Assembly (NCBI GenBank): GCA_036351155.1
Contig: JAZBOO010000206.1
Span: forward strand, 1-45,530
Source: Candidatus Krumholzibacteriia bacterium
Lineage (GTDB): Bacteria; Krumholzibacteriota; Krumholzibacteriia; LZORAL124-64-63
DNA length: 45,530 bases
Direction of reading: 5' to 3'
The notes under the pieces are model-generated. The model ran no database searches and was not told the DNA's origin. It was given only the letters and a program-made list of their open reading frames with translations. Below, piece by piece: positions 8,934 through 18,819 of this stretch. Within the stretch, counting starts at the first letter, position 1, and each line of letters begins with the position of its first letter. The position numbers and the translations under genes are program-made.

Positions 8934-11450
8934 ATGATTATCCGTGGACTGATTCTTTGCGCGATTTTATGGACCGTCCCCTCCCTGGCGTCGGACGAGC
9001 CGGCGGCTGCCTGGGATCAGGTGCCCACCGTGGATCTGACCGATGTCCTGGAACAGGCCCACGAGCTTCCTTTCCTGGCCCAGCATGTCCAGGGCTGGAA
9101 TATCCATCCTCATTATCTGGGCCAGCAAGCCGGGCGGGCCGTGCTGATCACCGATCTGGACGGGGACGGAACGGTCGAACTGCTGAGATCTGCCCCCGAT
9201 TACTTTCACGGAGCCGTCATTCTCCCCCGAGGGAATCCGAGCGTCACCGGCCAGGTCAATTTCCCCCGTAAGTACGGGGAAGGCGCGCGGCAAGTTGACT
9301 TCAGTGCCGGCGGCAAAGCTCTGTCGGGACCCTTCCAGCTTGACGACGACGACCAGCTGGAAATCCTGGCTGTGGGCACAACCCTGGACCGCCGATCCTG
9401 GGGGTTCTGGACTTCAGAGTTCTCCATGGAAGACGGTTTTTTGCGCCTCCGTGAGGATCGCGTTTTTTTCCTTGAACACTTCAAGGAAAGACGTCCCGAT
9501 GATCTCTGGGACGGCTTCATGGCGGTGACCGACACCTTGAACGGCCTGCTACACGACCCGGAAAGGTCGGCCCTCGTCGTGACCATTCGGACGGGCTTTG
9601 ATGTTTACGGGCGGGGTGTCATGCTGGTGGACCCGCTCGCCGGGGAAATCCTTTGGCATTTCGAGGTGGGGAACGGTCCCTCGGGATTGGCAACCGCAGT
9701 CGTGGATCTTGATGGGGACCAGGCCCGTGAGATCATCTTCATTGGAACCAGTTCCTGCAACCTGGACGATGAAAAAGTGGGCGGCTATTCCGATGACCAC
9801 ACCCGCCTTTACGTCGTGGATCGCCAGGGAAAGGAGAAATGGTCCCGGAGGCTTTGCGGGGAAACCAGCGGTGGGTGGTTCCAGGTCGATGATTTCGATG
9901 ACCGCCCTGGCCTGGAAATCATTTCCTGCGGAGTGCCTGCCGGTTCGGACACCACTCATTTTTTCACCTGGGGTCACCAGGGCGACCTGATCGGTCAGGA
10001 AAATTTCCCGGAGTCACTCCACAGCGCGGCCTTGCTGTCCGGCGACTCCGCATCACCCCCCTCTCTGGCCTTCACCACCTTCAATCGCAACCTCTACAAG
10101 GCCCAGATCCTCGGAGGCCGGCTCAGGCCGGTCCTGAAAGCCCAGCTCCCGGAATATGGAAGGATTTTCCACCTGCCTCCTCGCAAGCCCGGGGACAGCC
10201 AGCGACTGGGGATCTTGATGATCAACCGGGAATTCCTGATCCTGGATCCGGAATTCAGACCCTTGCTGGCCCTTTCCGATGAGGGCCGAATTTTCGGACA
10301 ATGGGTCGAGACCCTGCAAGCCCACGGCCATGAATTCCTCCTGACCAACTCGAGGTCCAACGAGGAGGGCTGGGAAATCATCGTCAATCCCGACGCCCTG
10401 CCCTCCCACCCGGTCCTGCGCGCCCTGGCCCGCACGCCGCTGTGGGCCTGGCTCCTGGTCGCCGTGACCCTGCTGGCCTTGGCCGGCTGGGTGCTCGCCG
10501 CCACCAAGCACAGGGCTGAACGGCGCCGCCGCACCTTCATCCCTGTTGACTCCGACCACAAGCGTGAGGCGCGGTTGCACCTGCTGGAAGACCTGGAGCT
10601 CTCCGGTCACGGGGCCATTGCCCCCTTGCGCTCCCTGCGTCGTCTGCTGTGGCTGCTCGATGCCCTCCAGGTGGGCTTCGGCATGAACGAGGGTCTGCGC
10701 AACCGGTTCGGCGAAATCCTGACCGACTGCCACCAGGACGACCTGCCCCGACTGCTGGTGATCCTGGAGCGGGCCCAGGCCGCGGGCATCCAGAGCCCCC
10801 ACGTCGGCACCGCCACCGAGGCCCTGCAAAGCATCCAGGCCCAGCTGGCCAGGATGCCCGACCAGGACCTCGAAATTTCTTCTCTTCAGGAGTTGAGCAC
10901 CCACCTGCACCGCAACAGCGAGGTGGCCGAAACGGCCCTGCAATCCCTGCGGCACGATGTCGCGGACGAGTTCCAGACCAACCTGCACCAGGTTGTCGAC
11001 AAGGTGCTGCGGGCCAACGCCCAGGACATCGAACGTCACGGCATCAAGGTTCAGGTGGGCCAGATGGCCCAGGCCGCCGGTGGAGACAGCGCCGCACCCG
11101 AAGGCCCTCTGGTCTGCCGCATGGACCCCTTCGAGATGGAGTTCATTCTGGACAACCTGGTGGGCAACGCCATCAGGGCCATGGACAGCGCCGACACCCG
11201 CCGCCTGAACCTGACCTGGCAGACCACCAACGGCATGGTCAAGATGCAGATCAAGGACACCGGGCTGGGCATTGCCGTCGAAGATCGGGACACCATCATG
11301 GAGACGGATTTCTCCACCAAGGAGAGGGGCGGAATGGGGCTGCCGAAGTCCCGGCGCCTGCTGCGAAAATACGGGGGACAGCTTTCCATCGCCGAGAGCT
11401 CACCGGGCCAGGGCACCACCTTTCAACTTTTGCTGCCGAGGGCGAAATGA
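8934..11450 (+). CDS. Sensor histidine kinase-like protein with FG-GAP/VCBS-like extracytoplasmic domain
   Basis: Signal peptide; DLDGDG-type repeats; TM; HATPase_c boxes (DNLVGNA, DTGLGI, GGMGL, GTTF). Confidence 0.85.
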   Translation: MIIRGLILCAILWTVPSLASDEPAAAWDQVPTVDLTDVLEQAHELPFLAQHVQGWNIHPHYLGQQAGRAVLITDLDGDGTVELLRSAPDYFHGAVILPRGNPSVTGQVNFPRKYGEGARQVDFSAGGKALSGPFQLDDDDQLEILAVGTTLDRRSWGFWTSEFSMEDGFLRLREDRVFFLEHFKERRPDDLWDGFMAVTDTLNGLLHDPERSALVVTIRTGFDVYGRGVMLVDPLAGEILWHFEVGNGPSGLATAVVDLDGDQAREIIFIGTSSCNLDDEKVGGYSDDHTRLYVVDRQGKEKWSRRLCGETSGGWFQVDDFDDRPGLEIISCGVPAGSDTTHFFTWGHQGDLIGQENFPESLHSAALLSGDSASPPSLAFTTFNRNLYKAQILGGRLRPVLKAQLPEYGRIFHLPPRKPGDSQRLGILMINREFLILDPEFRPLLALSDEGRIFGQWVETLQAHGHEFLLTNSRSNEEGWEIIVNPDALPSHPVLRALARTPLWAWLLVAVTLLALAGWVLAATKHRAERRRRTFIPVDSDHKREARLHLLEDLELSGHGAIAPLRSLRRLLWLLDALQVGFGMNEGLRNRFGEILTDCHQDDLPRLLVILERAQAAGIQSPHVGTATEALQSIQAQLARMPDQDLEISSLQELSTHLHRNSEVAETALQSLRHDVADEFQTNLHQVVDKVLRANAQDIERHGIKVQVGQMAQAAGGDSAAPEGPLVCRMDPFEMEFILDNLVGNAIRAMDSADTRRLNLTWQTTNGMVKMQIKDTGLGIAVEDRDTIMETDFSTKERGGMGLPKSRRLLRKYGGQLSIAESSPGQGTTFQLLLPRAK

Positions 11451-11451
11451 G

Positions 11452-13932
11452 ATGAGGAACACGGCGACCTCCCTCCTACTGATCTGGATGCTGGCGATGC
11501 CGGCAGCGAGTTTGTCCAGCGAGGTGCCCACCGTAGACCTCAGAGAGGTTAATGCGGACACCCCGGGCCTGCCCTGGCTCCTGGAGTCCAGGCCAGAATT
11601 TTCCGTCCAGTCAGCGCACCCGAGCTTGACCCGAGGGGTGCCTCAGCTGTTGATCGACCTGGATCATGATGGACAGCTGGAGTCCCTGAAAGGCGGGGTC
11701 AATAGCTTTACCGTCCGGAAACTCGGGGACAGCGGGCAGTTCTTTGTTCAGGACCAGTTCAACTTTCCCCCGAAGTATAGAAATCCGGGCATACCGTTGA
11801 CCAAGGTTCCCTTGGCCGGCCCTTTCGATGTCGACGGTGATGGCCGGATCGAGGTCGCCGCCTGGACCCCCAGGGAGGACAACCTGACCTGGGGTTTCTG
11901 GCTGATCGATCCCGTCACCCTGGAACAGAAATCCCACTTCACCCTGGACTGCCAGAGGCAGCGGAAGGACGAGACCAGATGGGACGGCGCCTACAGCGTG
12001 ATCGGGACGGTGCCCGGCCTGCTGGACAACCCGCGCCTCGAAGCCCTGGTGATCGTGATTCAGGCGGGACATGACGCCTACGGTCGGGGCATCATGGCGG
12101 TTCACCCCTTCACCGGTGACATCCTCTGGCACTTCGCCTGTGGACCTGACCCCTTCCATTCCAAGGCCTGGGTCATCGACCTGGAAGGAGACGGTCGGCG
12201 GGAAATCGTCTTCCTGGGCCGTTCCCCCGACAACCTGAACGGGGAGGTGGTGGGTCAGTACAGCGACGATCAGACCCGGCTGTTCGTTCTGGACCCTCAA
12301 GGCCGTGAAATCTGGTCCCGGCAACTGGCGGGCAAGCTGAGCACGGGGGAAATAGCCCTGGGAAACGTGGACCGGGATCCGGAAGTTGAAATCGTGACCG
12401 TGGCCCGGGTGGTCAAGAAAGGCGGCTGCACTCTGCAAGTCTGGGCGCCCGACGGAAGCCTGAAAGCAGAAAGCAGCCTGCCCATCACCCCCAATCAGCT
12501 CATCCTGTTTCCCCGCAGTGACGGTCCCGCCCAGGACATCCTGATGAACACCCGCTCGGGGGCGCTCCAGAAGTATAGCCTGGAAAAGGGGAAGCTGGTC
12601 CTCCAGCGTCAGGCGCTTTTTCCCACCCATCTCAGGACGCCCGCGGTGATCCCCCTGGGGCCGGACAAGGTCCCCCACCTCCTGACTCTTGGCCACGAGG
12701 GAACCACCCGGTTGCTGGACAGCGATTTCAACCCCGTGGCCACGGCCGAGTGCGAGCCGCGGACCTCCTCCGACCTCTTCCAGGTCATGGACACCCCGGA
12801 AGGCTCCCTCGCTCTGAGAATTGGTCGAGGAATCAACAGCTACAAGATCACCCCCAACCCCGATGCCCTGCCCAGCAATGCCCTGCTGCGATTCTTCGTC
12901 ACCCTTCCGCTGCTGGGCTGGGTTCTGATCGCCGTCATCCTGGGCGGCCTGATCAGCTGGTGGATCATCCACCGCAGGCACCGAGGCGAAATTCAAGCCC
13001 GCGCGGTGATTCCCGGCGACCAACGGAACCTGCGCGAAGCTCATCTGCATTTGCTGGAAGATCTCGAGCTTTCGGGACATGGGGCCATCGCCCCTTTGCG
13101 TTCGCTGCGCCGCCTGATCTGGCTGCTCGATGCCCTGAAAACCGGAATTGATTTCAATGGTGAGATCGGGGCCCGCTTCCGGGAGATCTGGCAGGACTGT
13201 CACGAGGATGACTTGCCCCGGCTGCTGGTCATCCTGGATCGAGCGCGTGCTGCCGAGCTGAATCACCCCAGCATCACCACCGCCACCACGGCCCTGCAGA
13301 AGGCCCAGCACCTGCTGTCGGGGTTCAGGAAAGCGGACTTTGACGTGGCCCGGATGGAGGCTGCAGGCCCCGAACTTCACGAACTGAGCGACAGCGCCGA
13401 AGCCGCCCTGCAGGATCTGCGTTGCCAAGTCGCCGGGCTGTTCAGGGCCGATATCCAGAAAGTGGTGGCCCGGGTTCTGCGCGCCAATCGACCCGAGATC
13501 GAGGCCGCCGGCATCACGGTCCAGACCGGGATGATGGCCGCAGCCGCCGGTGGGGCCGTGACCGACATCGCCCCGGAAGTGGAAAATCCGGCGTGCCGCA
13601 TGGACCCCCACGAGCTGGGATTCATCGTGGATAATCTGGTGGGCAATGCCGTCCGCGCCATGGCGGGATCCCAGGAGCGTCAGCTGCACATAAGCTGGCT
13701 GGTGACCAATGGACTGATCAAGCTGGAGGTCCGCGATTCCGGAGTGGGCGTGGCCCACGAGGATCTGGACCGCATCCTGGAATCGCCGCTCAGCACCCGC
13801 GAGGGTGGCGGGCTGGGCTTGCCCAAGTCGGTGCGTCTGTTGCGCAAGTACAGCGGCACCCTGAGCATCAAGTCCAGTTCGCCGGGACGTGGCACCACCT
13901 TTCAGGTGCTGGTTCCCCGCGCCACCGACTGA
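11452..13932 (+). CDS. Paralogous FG-GAP sensor histidine kinase-like protein
   Basis: Same architecture (DVDGDG, DLEGDG; DNLVGNA, DSGVGV, GGLGL, GTTF). Confidence 0.85.
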   Translation: MRNTATSLLLIWMLAMPAASLSSEVPTVDLREVNADTPGLPWLLESRPEFSVQSAHPSLTRGVPQLLIDLDHDGQLESLKGGVNSFTVRKLGDSGQFFVQDQFNFPPKYRNPGIPLTKVPLAGPFDVDGDGRIEVAAWTPREDNLTWGFWLIDPVTLEQKSHFTLDCQRQRKDETRWDGAYSVIGTVPGLLDNPRLEALVIVIQAGHDAYGRGIMAVHPFTGDILWHFACGPDPFHSKAWVIDLEGDGRREIVFLGRSPDNLNGEVVGQYSDDQTRLFVLDPQGREIWSRQLAGKLSTGEIALGNVDRDPEVEIVTVARVVKKGGCTLQVWAPDGSLKAESSLPITPNQLILFPRSDGPAQDILMNTRSGALQKYSLEKGKLVLQRQALFPTHLRTPAVIPLGPDKVPHLLTLGHEGTTRLLDSDFNPVATAECEPRTSSDLFQVMDTPEGSLALRIGRGINSYKITPNPDALPSNALLRFFVTLPLLGWVLIAVILGGLISWWIIHRRHRGEIQARAVIPGDQRNLREAHLHLLEDLELSGHGAIAPLRSLRRLIWLLDALKTGIDFNGEIGARFREIWQDCHEDDLPRLLVILDRARAAELNHPSITTATTALQKAQHLLSGFRKADFDVARMEAAGPELHELSDSAEAALQDLRCQVAGLFRADIQKVVARVLRANRPEIEAAGITVQTGMMAAAAGGAVTDIAPEVENPACRMDPHELGFIVDNLVGNAVRAMAGSQERQLHISWLVTNGLIKLEVRDSGVGVAHEDLDRILESPLSTREGGGLGLPKSVRLLRKYSGTLSIKSSSPGRGTTFQVLVPRATD

Positions 13933-13938
13933 CCGCGC

Positions 13939-15345
13939 TCACATCTCGAAGCCCTCGCCATGGTCCGGCACCTGGACCTGGGAGCCGAAATCCTTGGCTA
14001 TGCGGGCGGCCAGGTGCTCGGCCGCCTCCGGCTGGCCGTGGACCACGAACACCTTCTCGGGCTTGCGCGGAGCCGTCCCGATCCAGCGCATGATCTCATC
14101 CCCATCGGCATGGCTGCTCAGACCGTTGATGGTGGCCACCTTGGCCTCCACCGGGATGTTCTGGCCGTGGATCCGGAGCGACCTGGCTCCATCCTGCAAA
14201 GCCCGCCCCCGCGTACCCACCGACTGATATCCCGTCAGCAAGATCAGGTTGTTGTGGTCGCCCAGCCGGCGGGCCAGGTGGTGGAGAATGCGGCCCCCGG
14301 TCATCATGCCGCTCGAAGCAATGATCACCCGGGGTCCCGGCATGCTGTTCAGCATCTTGGATTCGTGCACCGTGCGGTGCAGCCGGACCTTGAAGGGAAA
14401 CATGCGGCTGCGGCCGTCGAAGGTCACATCCTGGTCCAGATTCGAATCGTAGAGGTGCCGGGAATAGATGGCCGTCGCGTCGATGGCCATGGGGCTGTCG
14501 ATGTGGATGGGCACCTCGGCCAGGGCCCCATCGCGCATGAGTTCACGCAGGATCAGGGTCACCAGCTGGACACGCCCCACGGCGAAACTGGGCACCAGGA
14601 TCACGCCCTTGCGATGCACGGTCTGCTCAAAATCGGCCCGGATCTGATCCAGCACCGTGGCGTCCTCGTGCTGCCGATCACCGTATGTCGATTCGACCAC
14701 CAGCACGTCGCAGGGCGGCAACGGATCGGGGTCCTGATGCAACGGCACATTGTACCGCCCCAGATCCCCACTGAAAATGATGGTCGTCTCCCCGGGGTTC
14801 ACCTTACCGGCAGTTTCCTCACCGCCCTGGACGCGAAACTCGACGAAAGCCGCACCCAGGATATGCCCCGAGTTCGTGAAGCGAAAGCGCAGCTCGGGCG
14901 ACAGCTTGACCCACTTGCCAAAGACGGTGGGCGTCAGAAGCTTCAAGGACTGAAGGGCATCGATGGAAGTGTAGAGCGGTTCGGCCGGCCGGTGCTTGCT
15001 GAAGCCTTTCTTGTTGGCCCAGGCCGCATCCTCCTCCTGGATGTGCGCCGAATCCATGAGCATGATTTCCAGGAGCTCGGCCGTGGCAGGCGTGGTGTGG
15101 ATGGGTCCCTGAAATCCGTATTGCACCAGGCGGGGAACAAAACCCGAGTGGTCGATGTGGGCATGGGTGAGCACCACGTGGTCCAGAAAGCCCGGCTCGA
15201 AACCCGGGGCCTCCCAGTTTCTCAGACGCAGTTCCTTCAAACCCTGAAAAAGGCCACAGTCGATCAGAACACGCTGCCCTCCCGCCTCCAGCAGGTGCCG
15301 AGATCCGGTGACGGTGCGAGCGGCTCCGTGGAATGACAGGCGCAT
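13939..15345 (-). CDS. MBL-fold beta-CASP ribonuclease
   Basis: GAARTVTGS, DCGLFQG, THAHIDH, GHILG, ESTYG, SGMMTGGR, LSSHAD. Confidence 0.92.
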   Translation of the reverse strand: MRLSFHGAARTVTGSRHLLEAGGQRVLIDCGLFQGLKELRLRNWEAPGFEPGFLDHVVLTHAHIDHSGFVPRLVQYGFQGPIHTTPATAELLEIMLMDSAHIQEEDAAWANKKGFSKHRPAEPLYTSIDALQSLKLLTPTVFGKWVKLSPELRFRFTNSGHILGAAFVEFRVQGGEETAGKVNPGETTIIFSGDLGRYNVPLHQDPDPLPPCDVLVVESTYGDRQHEDATVLDQIRADFEQTVHRKGVILVPSFAVGRVQLVTLILRELMRDGALAEVPIHIDSPMAIDATAIYSRHLYDSNLDQDVTFDGRSRMFPFKVRLHRTVHESKMLNSMPGPRVIIASSGMMTGGRILHHLARRLGDHNNLILLTGYQSVGTRGRALQDGARSLRIHGQNIPVEAKVATINGLSSHADGDEIMRWIGTAPRKPEKVFVVHGQPEAAEHLAARIAKDFGSQVQVPDHGEGFEM

Positions 15346-15411
15346 GGTCTTCTCCTGAAACTGTGGGATAACAGAGGACACCACCCATTCAGTCTAGCAC
15401 GATCCGGGCAG

Positions 15412-15446
15412 AAAAAAAGGCGCGGAAACTGTGAGGTTTCCGCGCC
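15412..15446 (-). terminator. Intrinsic terminator of the Cys-rich protein gene
   Basis: GGCGCGGAAAC/GTTTCCGCGCC stem with T7 on the minus strand. Confidence 0.85.
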
Positions 15447-15534
15447 GTTCCCGGCGGCCGGCAGGTTCGTGGTGGTGCAAATGCACAGTCAAGCGGCCGC
15501 AGGCTTCCCCAGTGGAAAGGGAACTCAAGTTCGA

Positions 15535-16104
15535 CTACATCGAGGCCACTTTCTTCTCGGCAGCCTTGACCTTCTTGTCGAAGGTGGCCTTCAGCTCCTT
15601 GGCGTCCTTGCCGCAGCAACCCTTGCCGGCGGTCACAGCTTCGGCACAGCACTTGTGCATGTCCGCCTTGGCGGCGATGACGGCCTTGTGATGGTCCACC
15701 TTCTCGGCGTAGCTGGCCTTGATCTCATCGGCGGTGTGACCACAGCAACCCTTGCCGGCGGTCATGGCTTCGGCGCAACACTTGTGCATGTCGGCCTTGG
15801 CTGCCTCGGCGGCGGTGAAATCGGCGAACTTGGCCTTCACGGCCTCGGCGTCCATACCACAGCAACCCTTGCCCTCGGCGGCGGCCTTCACGCAGCACTC
15901 GCCCATGTCGGCACAAGCCACCCCGGCAACTCCAGCCTTGGCGTCGGTGACAGCCTTGCCGGCCATCTTCTTGGCGCTGCTGGTCGAGGTCTTGGCGTGG
16001 GCCTTGTCGCCGGTGCCACAGGTGCCGCAATGGGCCAGGCTGGCCGAAGCGGCCAGTGCCACGATGGACAGAGCCACGACCAGAATGATTCCAAACTTCT
16101 TCAT
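15535..16104 (-). CDS. Secreted Cys-rich repeat protein
   Basis: Signal peptide; HCGTCG; three ADMxxCCxxAxxxGKGCCG repeats; RBS AAAGGA. Confidence 0.85.
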   Translation of the reverse strand: MKKFGIILVVALSIVALAASASLAHCGTCGTGDKAHAKTSTSSAKKMAGKAVTDAKAGVAGVACADMGECCVKAAAEGKGCCGMDAEAVKAKFADFTAAEAAKADMHKCCAEAMTAGKGCCGHTADEIKASYAEKVDHHKAVIAAKADMHKCCAEAVTAGKGCCGKDAKELKATFDKKVKAAEKKVASM

Positions 16105-16270
16105 GAGTTGATCCTTTCCCTGGGAATTCCGGGGTTTCCAGAATGCCCAATAAAACAACGGGGACACGCCCCTGATTGACCACTGTGCCGGTGGACGATG
16201 AAAATCCCTACATAAACACTATATGTTTAGTTCCCGATATGGCCACCTCCGGAGGGGGTGTTTTTCGCCA

Positions 16271-17053
16271 CTATTCAGGTAACTGCAACATGTGCTTCCG
16301 GTTAAAAAGACTGGGATAGCTCAGCAAGAGGGTCAAAAGAGAGGTGAAAACCACACTGCAAGCGATGCAGATCATGATGGCGATCTGGTATTTGACCGCA
16401 ATCAAGGGAGGCGTGCCCGACAGGAGCTGGCCTGTCATGAGCCCGGGAATGAACACGATACCCATCCCGCTCATGTTGGTCACGAAGGGCAGAGCGGCGT
16501 TGCGAATCGCACCTCTGATGTAGCGCAGCGACACCTCGAAGGGAGTGGCACCCAGGGCCAGAAGGGTTTCGGCACCCTTGCGATCGTCCTTCACCGCACT
16601 GAAAAACCGGTCCAGGGCCAGGGCACATCCGTTCATGCTGTTGCCCAGGATCATGCCGCCCAGGGGAATGAAGTAACGGGCATCATACCAGGGATCGAAC
16701 CGGGCAATGGCCACCATGAAAACCAGGGTGATGGTCAGGCCCACGGTGAAAACCACCAGCATCAACTTGGGGAAAATTCCGAAGTGGGAGGTTCTGGAAC
16801 GCTTCAGAATGATGTTGGCGGAAAAGCCCGACATGGCCAGAAAAAGCAACAGGACCACGCCCATGTTGTTCAGGCGGAAGAGATATTTAAGCACCAGGCT
16901 GGCCGCCACCAGCTGCAGCGTCATGCGGGCCAGGCTGATGATCAGGTCCCGCGTCAGCTCCAGCTTCAACCGGACAAACAGCACCACCATGCCCGCGGCC
17001 ATCAGGTAGCAGACCAGCATGGACCACAGGCCGATGTCGACGGTGTTACCCAT
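16271..17053 (-). CDS. fetB: ABC permease, FetB/YbbM (UPF0014) family
   Basis: RMTLQL, YFIPLGGMILGNSM, LLALGAT, IPGLMTGQLLSG..P..AVKYQ. Confidence 0.88.
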   Translation of the reverse strand: MGNTVDIGLWSMLVCYLMAAGMVVLFVRLKLELTRDLIISLARMTLQLVAASLVLKYLFRLNNMGVVLLLFLAMSGFSANIILKRSRTSHFGIFPKLMLVVFTVGLTITLVFMVAIARFDPWYDARYFIPLGGMILGNSMNGCALALDRFFSAVKDDRKGAETLLALGATPFEVSLRYIRGAIRNAALPFVTNMSGMGIVFIPGLMTGQLLSGTPPLIAVKYQIAIMICIACSVVFTSLLTLLLSYPSLFNRKHMLQLPE

Positions 17054-17759
17054 CCTCCACCATCCTCTTGATACCCACGCGATCCAGGTTTTCCGTGATC
17101 TCGGTCAGTGTCCCGTTGGCCAGCAGCAGCACCCGCTGCGCCGCCTCGATGACCGCCACCGAATGGCTGACCGCCACGATCCCCAGCTGGACCGAAAGTT
17201 CCTGCAGGTAAAGAAGGGCTTTCTCCTCGCTGGCCAGGTCCATGGCCGAGGTTGGCTCGTCCAGCAGCAGGAAGCGGGGCTGCAAAATCAGAGAACGGAC
17301 CAGGGCCACGCGCTGCTTCTCCCCACCTGAAAGCTTGTCGGCAGTCTGTTCGAGCAGGGATCCCGCCAAGCCCAGCCGTTCCAGGTGATCGGCCAGCTGG
17401 GCGTTGGTCACCGACAGGTGTCGATGTTGTTTCAAGGCCAGGGGCAGCCGCAGGTTGTCCCCCACCGTGCCGCTGAACAGACGGGGCTCCTGATGGACGT
17501 ACTGAACCTGACAGCGGAAAGCTTCGGGCTTGAGAGGTTCCAGGTCTCCTCCGGTCAGGCGCACGCCGCCATGCGAAGGGTGCAACAGGCCCATGGCCTT
17601 CAGCAGCGTGGTTTTCCCGGTGCCGCTGCGGCCGAACACCACTGTCAGCCCCGGAGCCCGAAAGCGCAGATTCACCCCGGACAGAAGGGTGCGCTCCCCG
17701 ACCTTCAGGCCGAAATTCTGCAATTGCAAGCTGGCGGTTGCCGTGGCAGCAGTGTTCAT
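17046..17759 (-). CDS. fetA: ABC ATP-binding protein, FetA-like
   Basis: GRSGTGKT, LSGGEKQR, LLLDEPTSAMD, VSH; overlaps fetB. Confidence 0.85.
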   Translation of the reverse strand: MNTAATATASLQLQNFGLKVGERTLLSGVNLRFRAPGLTVVFGRSGTGKTTLLKAMGLLHPSHGGVRLTGGDLEPLKPEAFRCQVQYVHQEPRLFSGTVGDNLRLPLALKQHRHLSVTNAQLADHLERLGLAGSLLEQTADKLSGGEKQRVALVRSLILQPRFLLLDEPTSAMDLASEEKALLYLQELSVQLGIVAVSHSVAVIEAAQRVLLLANGTLTEITENLDRVGIKRMVEDG

Positions 17760-17958
17760 AAGTCCCCTTTTCTCCGGCAGTTTACCAAACAAGGCCTCGG
17801 CCGCCAGCCAAATCCCCGGAAAGCGAAGGAAAAAAATCCGGAAATGGCTGTAACAAGTCGTCACACCGCGCCACTCACCTCCGTACTTGTCAATAACCGG
17901 CCCCGGGCTGCCGCGGCCGCTGGAGATAGAGACCGGACTCGAAACAGGAGCGAAGACC

Positions 17959-18813
17959 ATGTTTGAAGTGGAACAGAGCAGCGACCGGCGTAACGATCCG
18001 GCCATCCGCCACTACCTGAAAAGCATCGCCCGCTATCCCTTGCTGGATCGGGATCAGGAGATCGCCCTGGCCCATCGCGTCCGGACCGGGGACAAGGAAG
18101 CCCTGGACCAGCTGGTGAACGCCAACCTGCGCTTTGTCGTGAGCGTGGCCAAGCGGTTCCTGGGGCGTGGCCTCAGCTACATGGATCTGATCGCCGAGGG
18201 TAACGTGGGCCTGATCACCGCCGCCCGGAAGTTCGACGAACGGCGCGACTTCCGCTTCGTGACCTATGCGGTGTGGTGGATCCGGCAATCCATCCAGACC
18301 GCCCTGCAGGATCAGACGCGCACCGTGAGGTTGCCCGCGAACCGGGCCCGGCAAATTGGTCAGCTGGTCAAGACCGAGCGGGCGCTTGAGCAGGACCGGA
18401 TGGGATCGGTGGATGTGGAACAGCTGGCCGCTCAGCTGGAGATGACCCCCCGCAAGGTGGGGCAGATCAGGGCCGCCTGTGCGCCCAACCTCGGCCTGGA
18501 CCATCCGGTGACCGATCACGGGGTGACCCTGGCCGAGACCCTGGAAGACCCCCAGGTGGAGCTCCCGGTGGACCAGCTGACTCGCCTGGGCCTGGAAGAC
18601 GAACTCCAGCTGGCCCTGGCCAAGCTGAGTCCCCGGGAAAGAGACATCGTTGAGCGGTACTACGGACTGGGCCAGACGGCAGAGATGTCCCTGGAAGCCA
18701 TCGGAAACTCCATCAACCTTTCGCGAGAGCGCGTCCGGCAGATTCGCAACCGGGCTTTTGACAAGATCAGGAAATGTGTGGAAGGTCCGGTCCTGGCTGA
18801 ATACCTGAATTGA
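17959..18813 (+). CDS. Alternative sigma70 factor (RpoD/RpoS-like, lacking region 1.1)
   Basis: [49 protein letters not shown]. Confidence 0.93.
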   Translation: MFEVEQSSDRRNDPAIRHYLKSIARYPLLDRDQEIALAHRVRTGDKEALDQLVNANLRFVVSVAKRFLGRGLSYMDLIAEGNVGLITAARKFDERRDFRFVTYAVWWIRQSIQTALQDQTRTVRLPANRARQIGQLVKTERALEQDRMGSVDVEQLAAQLEMTPRKVGQIRAACAPNLGLDHPVTDHGVTLAETLEDPQVELPVDQLTRLGLEDELQLALAKLSPRERDIVERYYGLGQTAEMSLEAIGNSINLSRERVRQIRNRAFDKIRKCVEGPVLAEYLN

Positions 18814-18819
18814 TCATCC

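Noticed and set aside
11611..13758. Long antisense ORFs (also 4228-5973, 5964-7397, 13960-15336, 22178-23785, 27785-29086 and others)
   Set aside because: Shadow frames of GC-rich genes whose opposite strand carries clear family motifs
15560..15910. Repeated DNA units as a possible CRISPR or tandem array
   Set aside because: They are in-frame coding repeats of the Cys-rich protein
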